A stretch of DNA of 64,000 nt from Flavipsychrobacter sp. (lineage in GTDB: Bacteria; Bacteroidota; Bacteroidia; Chitinophagales; Chitinophagaceae), in contig JAEUVZ010000032.1 in NCBI GenBank assembly GCA_016786665.1, positions 1 through 64,000 of the forward strand, in the 5' to 3' direction. This document shows, one piece after another, positions 1 to 12,700 of this stretch; position 1 is the stretch's first letter; each line of letters starts with the position of its first letter. The notes under the pieces are model-generated. The model was not told the DNA's origin. It saw nothing but the letters and a program-made list of their open reading frames with translations, and did no database searches. The position numbers and the translations under genes are program-made.

Positions 1-1787
1 GCTGCATGGCGCTCGACTCCGTAACCATTTCCGAACCAACAGCGCTGACCGCAACGCATACGCAGGCAGATGTAAGCTGCAATGGTGGTGCCGATGGCTC
101 AGCCACGTTTGTAGTTACCGGTGGAGGAGTACCGCCTTACAGCTACAACTGGCAGCCGGTGGCGGGTACTGATACCACACTTGCGAACCTGGCGGCTGGC
201 GCCTATACCGCTACAGCTACCGACAACAGTGGTTGCACCATCAGCCATGTATTTACGATTGCGCAGCCCACCTACCAGTTGTGGACGGGTGCCGCTGACA
301 GTTTCTGGTCTAATCCTGCCAACTGGCAGTGCGGCACGCTGCCCGATATCAACACCGATGTATTTATTCCGCTTTCTGCGGTGCAGATGCCGGTGATAGA
401 TATTACTACAGCGCAGGCCAATAACGTTTTCATCAATTCCGGTGCGGCGCTCCGGTTTACCGGTACGGGCAACCGCCTGGAGGTGCAGGGCGATATCACC
501 AACCTGGGTACTTTCGTGAGCCTCAACGGTACCCTCCGTCTCAGTGGCTCCTCTTACCAGAGCATACCGGGCGGCACCTATGCAGGCATAGAGTTGGCGG
601 GAGCGGGCGTCAAGCAGTCGCTTACCAGCCTGCTGCTTACCAGCCACCTGCAGGCGAATGGCGGCTACCTGCAACTGAATAACAACAACATTACCCTGGC
701 CCCGGGCGCTACTGCTGCGGGAGGCAGTGCAGCATCGTTCGTGTACCTGAACGGCAGCGGCCGTATGACGGTGCAGGGAGTTGGCATGGGTGGTACTACC
801 GGCCAGGTGCTCTTCCCCGTGGGTAATCAACCCGGCGTGTACACCCCGGCAGCCATACAGAACGGCGGCACCGCCGATAACTTTACCGTAAATGTAATAG
901 ATGGCATATACCCGGACTACAACGGAGAGACCCCGGTGGGCGCTCCGCTCTGGGGATTCTCCGTGGCTAAGACCTGGTTCATTACCGAGGCGGTAAACGG
1001 AGGGTCTGATGCTACGGTATGGCTCTCGTGGCCGCTCTCTGAGGAGTTGCCCGGCTTTAATAATAGCCTTTGCGACGTGTCGCACTACAATACTACTACC
1101 GGAAACTGGGAGGCGGGTACTATCGGCCAGGCTACAGGCACCACCGCGCTGTTTACCCACAGCCGGCAGAATGTTACTTCGTTTTCCCCCTTCGGCCTGG
1201 GTACTGATTCTCAGCCGCTGGCGCAGTGCGATGTGCACCTGGTTGCCGCATACAACCCGGGTAGTGAAGCAGTAGTACTGAACTGGAACGCTACCTGCGA
1301 CCGCAATGTAGAGCGCTACGTAGCGGAACGCTCTGCAGACGGCATCCGGTTCACCGAAGCCGGCACGAAGCCCGCGGGAGCGGAGCAATACAGCTTCAGC
1401 GATGCGGAGGCCATCCGCCAGCCAGAGAAAAACCTGTACTACCGCCTCCGTCTTCACCGCAACAATGGAGATGTGCTGCACACCAATATCGCGAAAGTTA
1501 CCCTGCCGGGCAATGTTGTTACCGGCAGCGGACTGGTGGTGTACCCCAACCCGGTTGCAGGCAATGTAGCCTACATCAGCATAGCCGATAACAGGCTGGC
1601 TACCGATGCGGATGTGGTACTAACCGATATTACTGGTAGAGAAGCCCTGCGGCAACACTTTGCAGCCGGCAGCTACGCCCCCCGCAGAATGGAGCTCTCC
1701 ACGGCAGCCTTACCTGCTGGTGTCTACCACCTGGTGCTGAAGCAGGCAGGAGCGGTGCAGCGGGCGGCCACCTTTACGAAAGAGTAA
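1..1787 (+). CDS. Partial (5'-truncated by window edge) cell-surface protein with SprB-type repeat, Fn3-like region and C-terminal T9SS type A (Por secretion tail) sorting domain
   Basis: The ORF is open from the window edge. It has a CNGGADGSATFVVTGGGVPPYSYNW SprB-like repeat, and the C-terminus (LVVYPNPVAGNVAYISI...GVYHLVLKQAGAVQRAATFTKE) matches the Por_Secre_tail pattern. The C-terminal ~560 aa are paralogous to the C-terminus of the 6794..12775 product. Confidence 0.7.
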   Translation, partial: CMALDSVTISEPTALTATHTQADVSCNGGADGSATFVVTGGGVPPYSYNWQPVAGTDTTLANLAAGAYTATATDNSGCTISHVFTIAQPTYQLWTGAADSFWSNPANWQCGTLPDINTDVFIPLSAVQMPVIDITTAQANNVFINSGAALRFTGTGNRLEVQGDITNLGTFVSLNGTLRLSGSSYQSIPGGTYAGIELAGAGVKQSLTSLLLTSHLQANGGYLQLNNNNITLAPGATAAGGSAASFVYLNGSGRMTVQGVGMGGTTGQVLFPVGNQPGVYTPAAIQNGGTADNFTVNVIDGIYPDYNGETPVGAPLWGFSVAKTWFITEAVNGGSDATVWLSWPLSEELPGFNNSLCDVSHYNTTTGNWEAGTIGQATGTTALFTHSRQNVTSFSPFGLGTDSQPLAQCDVHLVAAYNPGSEAVVLNWNATCDRNVERYVAERSADGIRFTEAGTKPAGAEQYSFSDAEAIRQPEKNLYYRLRLHRNNGDVLHTNIAKVTLPGNVVTGSGLVVYPNPVAGNVAYISIADNRLATDADVVLTDITGREALRQHFAAGSYAPRRMELSTAALPAGVYHLVLKQAGAVQRAATFTKE

Positions 1788-1990
1788 ACAAATCGCTTGT
1801 AAGAAATGCAGGAAAGGGTTGCCGTACAGGCAGCCCTTTACTATGTCCGGCACTGGCTGAAATGTGGTGAAATCATTAAATGTTGGGGCAAACCATCGAA
1901 AAAACCGATATATATATTCTACTTTTGTGGGCGTCCTATCCTGTGCTAATGCTCTTTTTTTCATAGTACTACACAAAGATGATTTAGTTT

Positions 1991-4900
1991 ATGGGTATTA
2001 ATACTGCCGGGATAACAGCCCGGGCGAAGTATGTGCTGCGGATGGCTTGCCTGGTAATTATGCTGCTGGCACCTGCTGCGGTAAAGGCGACACACATTTA
2101 CGGTGCCGATATGTACTATACCCACGTCTCGGGCAATACCTATACCATTACGCTGGTCATCTATGGCGATTGTTCCGGTTCCGCATTCCAGAGCCTGGTG
2201 AACGCCTACCCCGAGGTGGATATCTATAACAACAACACGCTGGTGACTACCATCAACCTGGCCGCGCAGCAGCCCTTTAACGGGGTAGAGGTCACACCCG
2301 TTTGTCCGGCGCAGGTAAACCAAACCACCTGCACCAATATTAATAACCCCATACCCGGTGTGAAGAAGTTTGTCTACTCGGCCAACTATACCGTGCCCGG
2401 TGTATCTACCAACTGGCGCTTTCACTTCAACAGTACCCTTACCAATATAAACAGCGCGGGGCGCAGCACTACACTTACTAACATTCAGAATCCCGGCAGT
2501 ACCTGGATAGGACTGGAGGCTACGCTGAACAATACCGGCGGCCCCAATTCTTCTCCCGTATATACCACCATACCCACGCCGTTCTTTTGCATTAACGTAG
2601 CCGCCAACTACAACCCCGGCTGCGTAGACCCCAATACCGATAACCTGGTATTCTCGCTGGTAGACGGCCTTGATGAGAACATCGGTGGCCTGGTCACCTA
2701 TATCAATCCGTACACTGCCGTCAACCCGCTGGCCGCAACCGGCTATAGCTTCAATACCACCAACGGGCAGATGAGTTTTACGCCCAACCTGGTGCAGCGT
2801 TCGCTGGTAGTGGGCCGGGTAGAGGAATGGAAGAATGGAGTGATGGTAGGTACCAGTATGCGCGAGATGACCTTCGTGGTGCTGAATAACTGCAACAACA
2901 ATCCGCCTATCGGGGGCATCTCCAACTCATCCGGAGGCGTTATCGTTAACTCCACCACCTTCAATGTATGCCAGTCAGCGGGCGCATTCACGTTCAACAT
3001 CAATCCCACCGACCAGAACGGCAACAACATCACCATGACGGCCAACGGATTGCCCGGCGGCGCTACATTTATCATTACGGGCAATAATACTTCCGCGCCT
3101 ATTGGGGTGTTTTCGTGGAATGTAACCAATGTTGCTCCCGGCGCTTATACCTTCTACATCACTTACCTGGACAATGGATGTCCGCTCGCCAGCACGCAGA
3201 CTATAGCGTACACTATCAATGTGCTGCCTACCCCTGCTTTTACCATTGCCATGGTATCACCGGCTACCTGTGTAAAGAAGGCGGTGTTCCAGGTAATTCC
3301 GGTGGGCAACGTGGGCACCTGGCAGGAAAAAGTGTTGCAGGGTACCACCACCGTGCATACTATCAGCAACATCACCGGCACCCTTACCGACAGCCTGGCG
3401 CCCGGCACCTATACCATCCGCATGACGAATGCCAGCAACTGCAGTAAAGATACCATCATTACCATTCCACCTCCGCCTGCTATTATCCCGCTGTTATCGC
3501 TGGTGCAGCCCACCTGCCCGGGCATCAACAACGGGAGCATTACCGTTACGGGTACCAATGGCGGACCTCCCTATACCTACGCGCTCGGCTCGGGGCCTTA
3601 CAGCACGGTTAATGTGTTCAGCAACCTGGGTGCAGGCACGTATGTGGTGCATGTAAAGGATTCGAACCTGTGCGTTAAAGACACTACGGTAACCCTAACG
3701 CCAGCCAGCCAGGTATTGCTGAATGTGGGCATAGACCGGCCCACCTGCAATGGGCTGGCCGATGGCATCATATCCGTATCGGCATACAACAATACAGGTC
3801 CTTACCAATACGCGCTGGGTACCGGTCCCTGGGGAAGCAGCGGAGTATTCAGCAACCTGGCTGCCGGAACCTACACCATACATGTGCAGAGCGGGGTGGG
3901 CTGCCTGAAAGATACCACTATCACGCTCACCGATTCGGTACAGGTGCATGCTGTCATACCGCTGACGCCTATCCTTTGCCATGGCAACACCACGGGGGTG
4001 ATAACGGTAAACGGCAACTCCGGAATGGGGCCGGTCTACACCTACGCTTTAGGAACCGGGCCCTTCAGTACCAACAATGTATTTTCCGGCCTCGGGGCGG
4101 GTACCTATACGGTACATGTGCACGATAACGCCGGCTGCTACCTCGATACCCTGGTAACCCTTACCCAACCGGCGGTACTGAATGCCACTGCGTCCCAGGT
4201 AAACGTAGCCTGCCATGGGGCTAATACCGGCAGTATCACCATTACCGCTACGGGAGGTGTAACGCCGTATACCTATGCTAATGGTACCGGGCCTTATACC
4301 GGCAGTAATATATTCCCCAACCTGGCAGCCGGAACCTACACTATACATACCCAAGATGCCAACGGCTGTATAAAGGATGTGACCGTAACACTTACCCAGC
4401 CGGCGCCTATAGTACTGGACAGCGTGAAACTTACCCAGCCCGCCTGCTACGGCGGCAACAGCGGGGTAGCGGTGATATACGCCCACGGAGGTACGCCCGG
4501 GCTGATGTATGCCATAGATGCCAATCCCTATGGGGTGAGCAATACCATAAACGGGGTAGCGGCGGGCGTACACGTGCTGCATGTGCGCGATGCCAATAAT
4601 TGTATAAAGGATACCACCGTTACGCTGCAGCAGCCTACCCAGGTAGTACCGGCGGCAGCCGTAGTAAAGTCTACCTGCGCCACGTTGCAGAACGGCCAGG
4701 TAACGCTCAGCGCATCGGGCGGTACACCTGGCTATACCTATGCCGTGGGCACCGGGCCGTACACCACCAATGCTGTGTTCAGCCCGCTGGCTTCTGGTAC
4801 CTATACCTTTCATATACGCGATGCCAACAACTGCATAAAAGATACCATCATTACCGTACTTGATTCGCTCAATCCTGTGGGCCAGGTAACCATTACGGAA

Positions 4901-6550
4901 CCGCTGTGCCATGGTGGCGGCGACGGAGCCATAACGGTGGTAGGTTCCGGCGGTACCAACCCCTTTACCTATGCGATAGGTACCGGCGGATACAGCCCGG
5001 TCAATATGTTCGATAGCCTTTTGGCTGGCAACTACATCCTGCACATACAGGATGCCAACGGTTGCATTAAAGATACTACCGTGCTGCTGACCCAGCCCGC
5101 CGCGCTGGCGGCCACACTGGCCGTTACCCAGCCCTCTTGTTTCGGGTTCACCGATGGCAGCATTACCGTAACGGTTGCCGGGGGCACACCCGCTTACGGG
5201 TATGCGCTGAACGGCGGAACGTACTCACCCGGCAATACATTTGGTAGCCTGGCCACGGGAGTGGACACCATCCATATAATAGATGCCAATGGCTGCCGGC
5301 GGGATACCATTGTGGCCATAGCCCAGCCGGCACTGCTGGTGTTCTCTCAGCTGGACATAACCGATGTAAAATGCTTTGGTGAAAATTCAGGACAGGTATT
5401 GGTAACGGTGTCCGGTGGTACACCGGCCTATACCTACGCCTGGGATGCCAACGCCTTCCAGCCCTCATCGCTGCTCACCGGTATGGGGGTAGGTACCCAC
5501 GCTATACATGTAGTAGATGCCAACGGCTGCACTATAGATACCGGCGTCAGCATCAGCCAGCCGCCACCGCTGTACTTCGCCGGGGCTGATATTATCAATC
5601 CTACCTGCGAGGGGTACACCGACGGCTCCGTAGCGCTCGCCGCTACGGGAGGCACCAGTCCTTACCAGTTCGCCAGTGGCAACGGTAGCTTTGGAGCCTC
5701 ACCCAATTTCGGCCAGCTGGGCGAGGGCATGTATGTCTTTTATGTGCAGGATGCCAATGGCTGCCTGCACGATACCAGCGTCGCCCTGGTAGGCTATCCG
5801 CATATAATTATTGAGGAGCACCAGGTGACCCCGGCTTCCTGCTTCGGATACCAGGATGGCAGTGTGCAGGTAATGGCTTCCGGCGGCAACCAGCCCTTTG
5901 TGTATGCCATGGGTGGCGGCGTGCCGGGTTCGTCTGCCTTCTTCAGCGGCCTCTATGCCGGTACATACCAGGTAACCATTACCGACAGCACCGGCTGCAA
6001 CAAGCAGACGCCGGTAACCGTTCCGCAGCCCGACTCGCTCCGGGTAGAAATGAAAGTGACCAACAATGATTGCGAGGGCTACAACAACAATGGGGTAGTG
6101 GTGGCCAATGTAAGCGGCGGCACGGCTCCTTACTACTATGCCTGGAGCTATGACAATGCCGGTACGCAGGCTATTACGCACCTGGAGAATGGTGAATATT
6201 CCGTGGTGGTAAAAGATACCAATAACTGCACCGCCGAAGCCCTCGCTGCCGTAGTGTACGACAACTGCTGCAAGCCGTTTCTGCCTAATGCCTTTACACC
6301 CAATGCTGACGGTAAGAACGATCGCTTCCGGGTAGTTTTTAAAGGAGATATGGAGCTGATAGAGTTCTCCATCTACAACAGGTATGGCCAGTTAGTGTAC
6401 ACATCCGACGACATCGGGCATGGCTGGGATGGCACCTTCCGGGGAAAGCTCTGCGATGTAGGCACCTATATGTATTATGTGCGGTTCATCTGTGGAAACA
6501 AGGGTACGGAGAAGAAAATAATAAAAGGAGACGTAACGCTCATCCGCTAG
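1991..6550 (+). CDS. SprB-like repeat adhesin (about 15 SprB repeats) with gliding-motility-associated C-terminal domain (CHU_C / T9SS type B CTD)
   Basis: It has an N-terminal signal peptide (MLLAPAAVKA). It carries ~75-aa repeats of the form C.G..DG.I.V...GG..PYTYALGTGP....VFS.LAAGTYT.HV.DANGC.KDTTVTLTQP. The C-terminus CCKPFLPNAFTPNADGKNDRF...GTYMYYVRF...KGDVTLIR matches the TIGR04131-type gliding CTD. Confidence 0.75.
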   Translation: MGINTAGITARAKYVLRMACLVIMLLAPAAVKATHIYGADMYYTHVSGNTYTITLVIYGDCSGSAFQSLVNAYPEVDIYNNNTLVTTINLAAQQPFNGVEVTPVCPAQVNQTTCTNINNPIPGVKKFVYSANYTVPGVSTNWRFHFNSTLTNINSAGRSTTLTNIQNPGSTWIGLEATLNNTGGPNSSPVYTTIPTPFFCINVAANYNPGCVDPNTDNLVFSLVDGLDENIGGLVTYINPYTAVNPLAATGYSFNTTNGQMSFTPNLVQRSLVVGRVEEWKNGVMVGTSMREMTFVVLNNCNNNPPIGGISNSSGGVIVNSTTFNVCQSAGAFTFNINPTDQNGNNITMTANGLPGGATFIITGNNTSAPIGVFSWNVTNVAPGAYTFYITYLDNGCPLASTQTIAYTINVLPTPAFTIAMVSPATCVKKAVFQVIPVGNVGTWQEKVLQGTTTVHTISNITGTLTDSLAPGTYTIRMTNASNCSKDTIITIPPPPAIIPLLSLVQPTCPGINNGSITVTGTNGGPPYTYALGSGPYSTVNVFSNLGAGTYVVHVKDSNLCVKDTTVTLTPASQVLLNVGIDRPTCNGLADGIISVSAYNNTGPYQYALGTGPWGSSGVFSNLAAGTYTIHVQSGVGCLKDTTITLTDSVQVHAVIPLTPILCHGNTTGVITVNGNSGMGPVYTYALGTGPFSTNNVFSGLGAGTYTVHVHDNAGCYLDTLVTLTQPAVLNATASQVNVACHGANTGSITITATGGVTPYTYANGTGPYTGSNIFPNLAAGTYTIHTQDANGCIKDVTVTLTQPAPIVLDSVKLTQPACYGGNSGVAVIYAHGGTPGLMYAIDANPYGVSNTINGVAAGVHVLHVRDANNCIKDTTVTLQQPTQVVPAAAVVKSTCATLQNGQVTLSASGGTPGYTYAVGTGPYTTNAVFSPLASGTYTFHIRDANNCIKDTIITVLDSLNPVGQVTITEPLCHGGGDGAITVVGSGGTNPFTYAIGTGGYSPVNMFDSLLAGNYILHIQDANGCIKDTTVLLTQPAALAATLAVTQPSCFGFTDGSITVTVAGGTPAYGYALNGGTYSPGNTFGSLATGVDTIHIIDANGCRRDTIVAIAQPALLVFSQLDITDVKCFGENSGQVLVTVSGGTPAYTYAWDANAFQPSSLLTGMGVGTHAIHVVDANGCTIDTGVSISQPPPLYFAGADIINPTCEGYTDGSVALAATGGTSPYQFASGNGSFGASPNFGQLGEGMYVFYVQDANGCLHDTSVALVGYPHIIIEEHQVTPASCFGYQDGSVQVMASGGNQPFVYAMGGGVPGSSAFFSGLYAGTYQVTITDSTGCNKQTPVTVPQPDSLRVEMKVTNNDCEGYNNNGVVVANVSGGTAPYYYAWSYDNAGTQAITHLENGEYSVVVKDTNNCTAEALAAVVYDNCCKPFLPNAFTPNADGKNDRFRVVFKGDMELIEFSIYNRYGQLVYTSDDIGHGWDGTFRGKLCDVGTYMYYVRFICGNKGTEKKIIKGDVTLIR

Positions 6551-6793
6551 TTTATTGTTGAGGTTATGTTAAATTAAACAAAAGTACATACTAATGTTTT
6601 GAAGCGTAGCTATCTTGCGGCGCACTTTGAGAAAGTGTATTACCTGCTTAGGTGATTTTTTTATAGAGGAGATAATAATGGGTATTTATCCACAATAGTA
6701 GAATTTGTAATGAAATTGTCATTGCATCACACTACCTTTGCCGCGCCCATATTTAAAAAAAATATTTTTTATCAGTTATTCCAATCAATTATT

Positions 6794-9700
6794 ATGAAGC
6801 GAAACCGTTTACTATTGTTAGTTATGGTACTATTTAGCTCGCTGGCCGCCCAGGCTCAGTGTGGTAAATATTACGTACAGGATATGGATCCCTGGAGTTC
6901 CACGTCCAATCAACAGGCAATGGACCAGGTGTTTGGCACGGGAGCATGGACCCAGGCTAACTATTCTACGTCCGTAGCCACTGTCTTTTCACCTTCCAAC
7001 TGCTTTGTGGTTCTGGAGGGAAGTGACAATAATCCTGCCCTGACTTCCTACATCACGAATAACCAGGCTGTCATCGAAAACTGGGTAGCCGCTGGTGGCC
7101 GCTTATTCATTAATTCAGCACCCAACACTGGCAGCACTGTAGGCCCTATGTTTGGTGGTGTGAGCATTGTTTATCCTGATTTCAGTGGCACGGGATCAGC
7201 ACCTAATACTTCCCACCCTATATTCCTGGGGCCCAACACCCCTACCGCTACTAGTTGGACTGGTGGTTCTTATTGCCATGCCAACGTCACGGGTACTGGT
7301 CTTACTTCTATAATGGATGGGGACCCGGGTAAGATGGGCTTAGGATACAAATTATGGGGCAGCGGCGTAGTCTTTTTTGGTGGAATGACTCAACCCCAGT
7401 TTTGGAGTCCACAACCGGAAAGCTATAATATGTGGAATAACATTTTCCACCACGTATGGAACTTCACCCTGACTGATATCACTGCCTCTATAGGTGCCAG
7501 TACTTATTGCGGTGGGGCTACCGACAACGTAACCTATACTTCGACTGGTGTTACGTTCAACACAGGCAACGTTTTCTCTGTAGAGCTGAGTGATGCCGCG
7601 GGCAGCTTCTCTACTCCTACTACTATAGGTACCTTAAGCAGCACATCTGCCAGCGGTTCTATTGCGGTTACTATCCCTACAGGTATAGGTGGCACCGGCT
7701 ACCGCATCCGCGTAGTTTCCAGCAACACTGCGTACACAGGTTCTAATAACGGCTCCAATATCGCTATCTCCAATGTTTCAGTGGTAAGCAACTCCCAAAC
7801 CAACGTATTATGTAACGGCGGTACTGGTTCTGCCAGTGTTACAGCGGGCAACGGTACAGGTTCCTACACCTATGCATGGTCTCCCTCAGGTGGTACCGCT
7901 TCCAGCGCTACCGGCCTTTCTGCGGGTAACTATACGGTGACCGTTACCGATGCGAACGCTACCAGCTGTACAGCTACACAGGCATTCACTATTACAGAGC
8001 CTGCAGTGCTGACACTCACTCCTTCTTCTACCAACGAAACTCCTTGTAACAACTCTAATAACGGTACTGCTTCCGTAACTATGACGGGCGGTACGGCTCC
8101 TTACACATATAGCTGGTCTACCGGCGCTACTACTTCCGGTATCACCGGCCTGGTAGCGGGTTCTTATACCGTGAATGTTACTGATAATAACCTTTGCGCA
8201 GCCAGCCACACTTTCACCATCACCGAACCTACTGTTATCACCGGTATACCTTCGCAAACCAATGTGAGCTGCAATGGCGGTTCCAATGGTACGGCTACTG
8301 TTATAGCGCAGGGCGGCGGTTCTCCTTTCTATGCATATAGCTGGGCCCCAACGGGCGGAACAGGTACTACTGCTTCCGGCCTCAGCGCGGGTAACTACAC
8401 GGTAACCATCACCAACGGTTTTGGTTGCACCGGCACGCAGACGTACACTATTACAGAGCCTACGGCTATCTCTATCGCTCCATCGCAAACCAACGTATTG
8501 TGTAATGGCGCTTCTACCGGTACGGCTACGGCTACTGTTACCGGTGGTTCAGGTTTCTACAGCTACTCCTGGGCTCCTACCGGTGGTACCGGTTCTACAG
8601 CCCTTAACCTGGCTGCAGGTACTTATACGGTAAGCGTTACAGACTTCAACTTCTGCTCTGCTTCACAGACGTACACTATTACACAACCTACCGCGCTCAC
8701 ACTTACTTCCGGTGGCCAGACCAACATCACCTGCAATGGTGGTAACAATGGTTCTGCTACCGTTTCTGTTTCCGGCGGTACGGGTGCGTACACTTACTCC
8801 TGGTCGCCCAACGGCGGTACTGCTGCTACAGCCAACAACCTGACTGCCGGCATGTACACCGTAACGGTTACAGATGCCAATAACTGCCAGGGTACTCTTA
8901 CCTACAACATTACCCAGCCTGCTGCTATGGCGGCTACCGGTTCGCAAACCAACGTAAGCTGTTTCGGCGGCGCTAACGGTTCTGCTACTGTAGCGGCCAC
9001 TGGTGGTACGCTTCCGTACACTTACTCCTGGGCTCCGTCAGGTGGCACCGCGGCTACGGCCAACGGTCTTTCTGCCGGCAACTACACCGTAACCGTGTCA
9101 GACTTCAACGGCTGTTCTGTTACGCACACGTATACTATTACACAGCCTTCGCAAATCTCTACACTGGGTGTGCAGACCAACGTGAGCTGCTTTGGCGGCG
9201 CTAACGGTTCTGCTACCGTACTGGCTACAGGCGGTACAGGCGCGTACACATACTCATGGGCTCCTGCCGGTGGTACCGGTACTACTGCCAATGGCCTCGC
9301 TGCCGGTACTTATACCGTTACCGTTACCGATGCTAACCTGTGTACGGCTACACGCACCTACAACATTACCGAGCCGGCGCAAATGCTGACCAACGCTACC
9401 GTTACCAATGTTTCTTGCTTCGGCCTGGGCAATGGTTCTATCACTACGGCTATGAGCGGTGGTGTTGCTCCTTACTCTTACTACTGGACTCCGAACGGAC
9501 AAACTGCTGCTTCTATCAGCAACCTGGTTCCCGGTAGCTACGCGGTAATTGTGACCGATGCGAACGCATGTAACATTACTCAGAACTTTACCATCACACA
9601 GCCTACCGTTCTTACCGCTTCAGGTACCCAAACCAACGTGAGCTGCTTTGGTGGCGCTAACGGTACCGCTACCGCTATACCTGCCGGTGGTACTGCTCCT

Positions 9701-12700
9701 TACAGTTACTCATGGGCTCCAACAGGTGGCACTGCTGCTACTGCTACGGGCTTAACCGCGGGTAACTATACAGCTACCGTTACCGACTTCAACGGTTGTA
9801 CTACTACACAGACATATACTATTACCGAGCCCACGCAGCTGGTTTCCGTTCCTTCACAGGTTAACGTATCGTGCAACAGTGGTTCTGATGGTTCTGCTAG
9901 CGTAGCGGTGTCCGGTGGTGTAGCTCCTTACACGTATGTATGGGCTCCTACAGGCGGTACTGCTGCTACAGCCAGCAACCTGGTATCTGCCGTTTATACC
10001 GTTACCATTACCGACTTCAATGGTTGTACACTGGTTAACACGTTCAACATTTCTCAGCCTACTTATCTCTCTACTACCGGCACACAGGTAAACGTAAGCT
10101 GCAACGGCGCTGCCGATGCTTCTGCTACCGTAATACCTGCAGGTGGTACCCCGGGCTATACGTATAGCTGGGCTCCTACAGGTGGTACCGCTGCTACAGC
10201 GTCTAACCTGGTACCGGGTACATATACCGTTACCGTTACCGACGCTAATGGCTGTACTGCTATCCGCACGTACAACGTCACTGAGCCTGCCGTACTGGTA
10301 TCTTCCGGTGCGCAGAGCAACGTACTGTGTAATGGTGGCGCCAGCGGCGCGGCTTCTATCACAGCTGTAGGCGGCACGCTTCCTTATTCTTACGACTGGC
10401 AGCCCGGCGGCATGAACACACCTTCTGTTACCGGCCTGGTAGCGGGTACTTATACCGCTACTGTTACCGATGCTAATGGTTGTATCACCGCACAGACATA
10501 TACTATCAGCGAACCTACGGCTATCACATACCAGGCTTCCCAGTCTAATGTATTGTGTAACGGCGGCGCTTCCGGTACAGCAACTATCGCTGTGGCTGGT
10601 GGTGTAGCTCCTTACACGTACAACTGGCTGCCTACAGGTGGTACTGCGGCTACTGAAACCGGCCTTACTGCCGGAACCTATACGGTAAACGTTACCGACG
10701 ACAACGGATGTATGGTATCGGAAGTGTACACCATTACTGAACCAGCGACGCTTACTGTATTTGCTACGGCCAACAGCCCTGTATGCAGCGGCCAGGATCT
10801 GAACCTGACGGGAACAGTGGCCGGTGGTACCGCTCCTTACAGCATGTCTTGGTATGGCCCTAACAACTATAGCTCATCTATGGCTATATCTACTATTTCC
10901 AACGTACAGGTAGCGGCGGCAGGTACTTATACCTTCTCCGTAACCGACAACAATGGTTGCGTATCTTCAGCGCTTACCGCCGTAGCGGTAAACGAAACAC
11001 CGCAGGTTACCACACAGCCTCAGCCTGTTACGGCCTGCTTCGGTACTTCAGCTAGCTTCAGCGTTACGGCTATCGGTACCGGTATCTCTTACCAGTGGCG
11101 CGCCAACGGTGCTAACATCCCTAATACAGGTGTGTACTCCGGCGCTAATACCAATACGCTGAATATCTCTGATGTAACCGGCCTCAACGGTATCGTGTAC
11201 GATGTGATTGTATCGGGCGTTTGTACTCCTGATACCAGCATTGGCGTAACACTTACCGCTCCTTCATTCAATACATGGACTGGTACGGTAGATACGGCAT
11301 GGTCTAATGCGGCTAACTGGCAGTGTGGTATAGTACCTACACTGGTTACCGATGCCATCATCCCTGCTTCTGCTCCTAAAATGCCACTGGTAGATATACC
11401 CGGTGCGCAGGCCAACAGTGTAACAATTAACTCCGGCGCTTCCCTGGCCTTTGTAGGTACAGGTAACGAACTGGAAATAGTAGCTGACATCACCAACCTG
11501 GGTACATTCAACCCTTCTCTGGGTGCAGTGAAGCTTTCCGGTACAGGTGCACAGTCTATTCCTGGTGGAACTTATGCTGAACTGGAGCTGGCAGGTAGCG
11601 GTGTAAAAACCACAACCGGCAATATAGCTATCACAGGTGCCCTGTTACTGAATGGAGGTTACCTGCAGCTGGGTGCCAACAACCTGACACTGACGGCTAC
11701 AGGTGGTGTATCTGGTGGTGACGCTTCTTCGTTCGTAGTTACCAACGGTACGGGTGTGTTCATCGCACAGGGCCTGGGTAACGGCGGTATCATAATGCCG
11801 GTTACGTTCCCTGTGGGTACTACTCCGGGCATCTATACTCCGGCTTCTATCCTGAACAGTGGTACTATCGACAACTTCAGCGTTCGCGTTATAGAGAATG
11901 TGTACTCTGACTATGTGAACGAAGTACCGGTAGGTGGTGCGCTGTCTTCTAACTCTGTTAAGAAGACCTGGTTCATCAACGAAGCGGTAGATGGTGGTTC
12001 TAACGCGGTAGTGTCTCTGTCATGGCCACTGAGCGAAGAGCTTCCCGGCTTCAACAACAGCCTGAGCGACGTATCGCACTACATTGAGGATTCCAGCAAC
12101 TGGAGCTCCGGCCCGGTTAGCCAGGCTACAGGTACAACTACCCTGTTTACGCAGAGCCGTCCTAACGTTACTTCTTTCTCTCCGTTCGGACTGGGTACGC
12201 AGAACAACCCGCTCAGCGTGAGCGCGGTTACCCTGGCTGGCGTGTACAATGTAGCTACACGTGCCGTAGACCTCACATGGGATAAGAGCAACGACAAAGA
12301 CGTAATAGCTTACTCCGTTGAGCGCTCGCTGAATGGAACCAGCTACAAGGCTATCGGCAACAGGTACGCTGGCGAAGATACCTACACGCTTTCTGACGTA
12401 GATGCGATGAGCCTCGGTACCAAGCAACTGTACTACCGTGTACGGGTGCTGAGCAACGATGGCTATGTATATTCTAATACCGTGAAAGTAGACCTGGGAA
12501 CCATGCTCGTTACTCATGGCATGACACTGTATCCAAATCCTGTTGCCGGCAGCGAACTGTTCGTGAGCCTGACCAACAACGCACTGGCTACCGATATGGA
12601 AGTATCAGTAGTAGACATGCTGGGTAAGGAAGTGTCTAAAGCACACTACGAGGCAGGTTCTTACAACCCGGCTGCTATACCGGTGAATGTATCCGACCTG

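Noticed and set aside
99-1481. Long antisense ORFs inside the giant adhesin genes and other GC-rich genes (e.g. 99..1481 -, 4049..5044 -, 19259..20629 +, 45611..47041 -, 51060..52148 +)
   Set aside because: They lie opposite well-supported genes with clear domain content and show low-complexity Arg/Gly/Ala-rich translations typical of spurious ORFs in GC-rich antisense frames.
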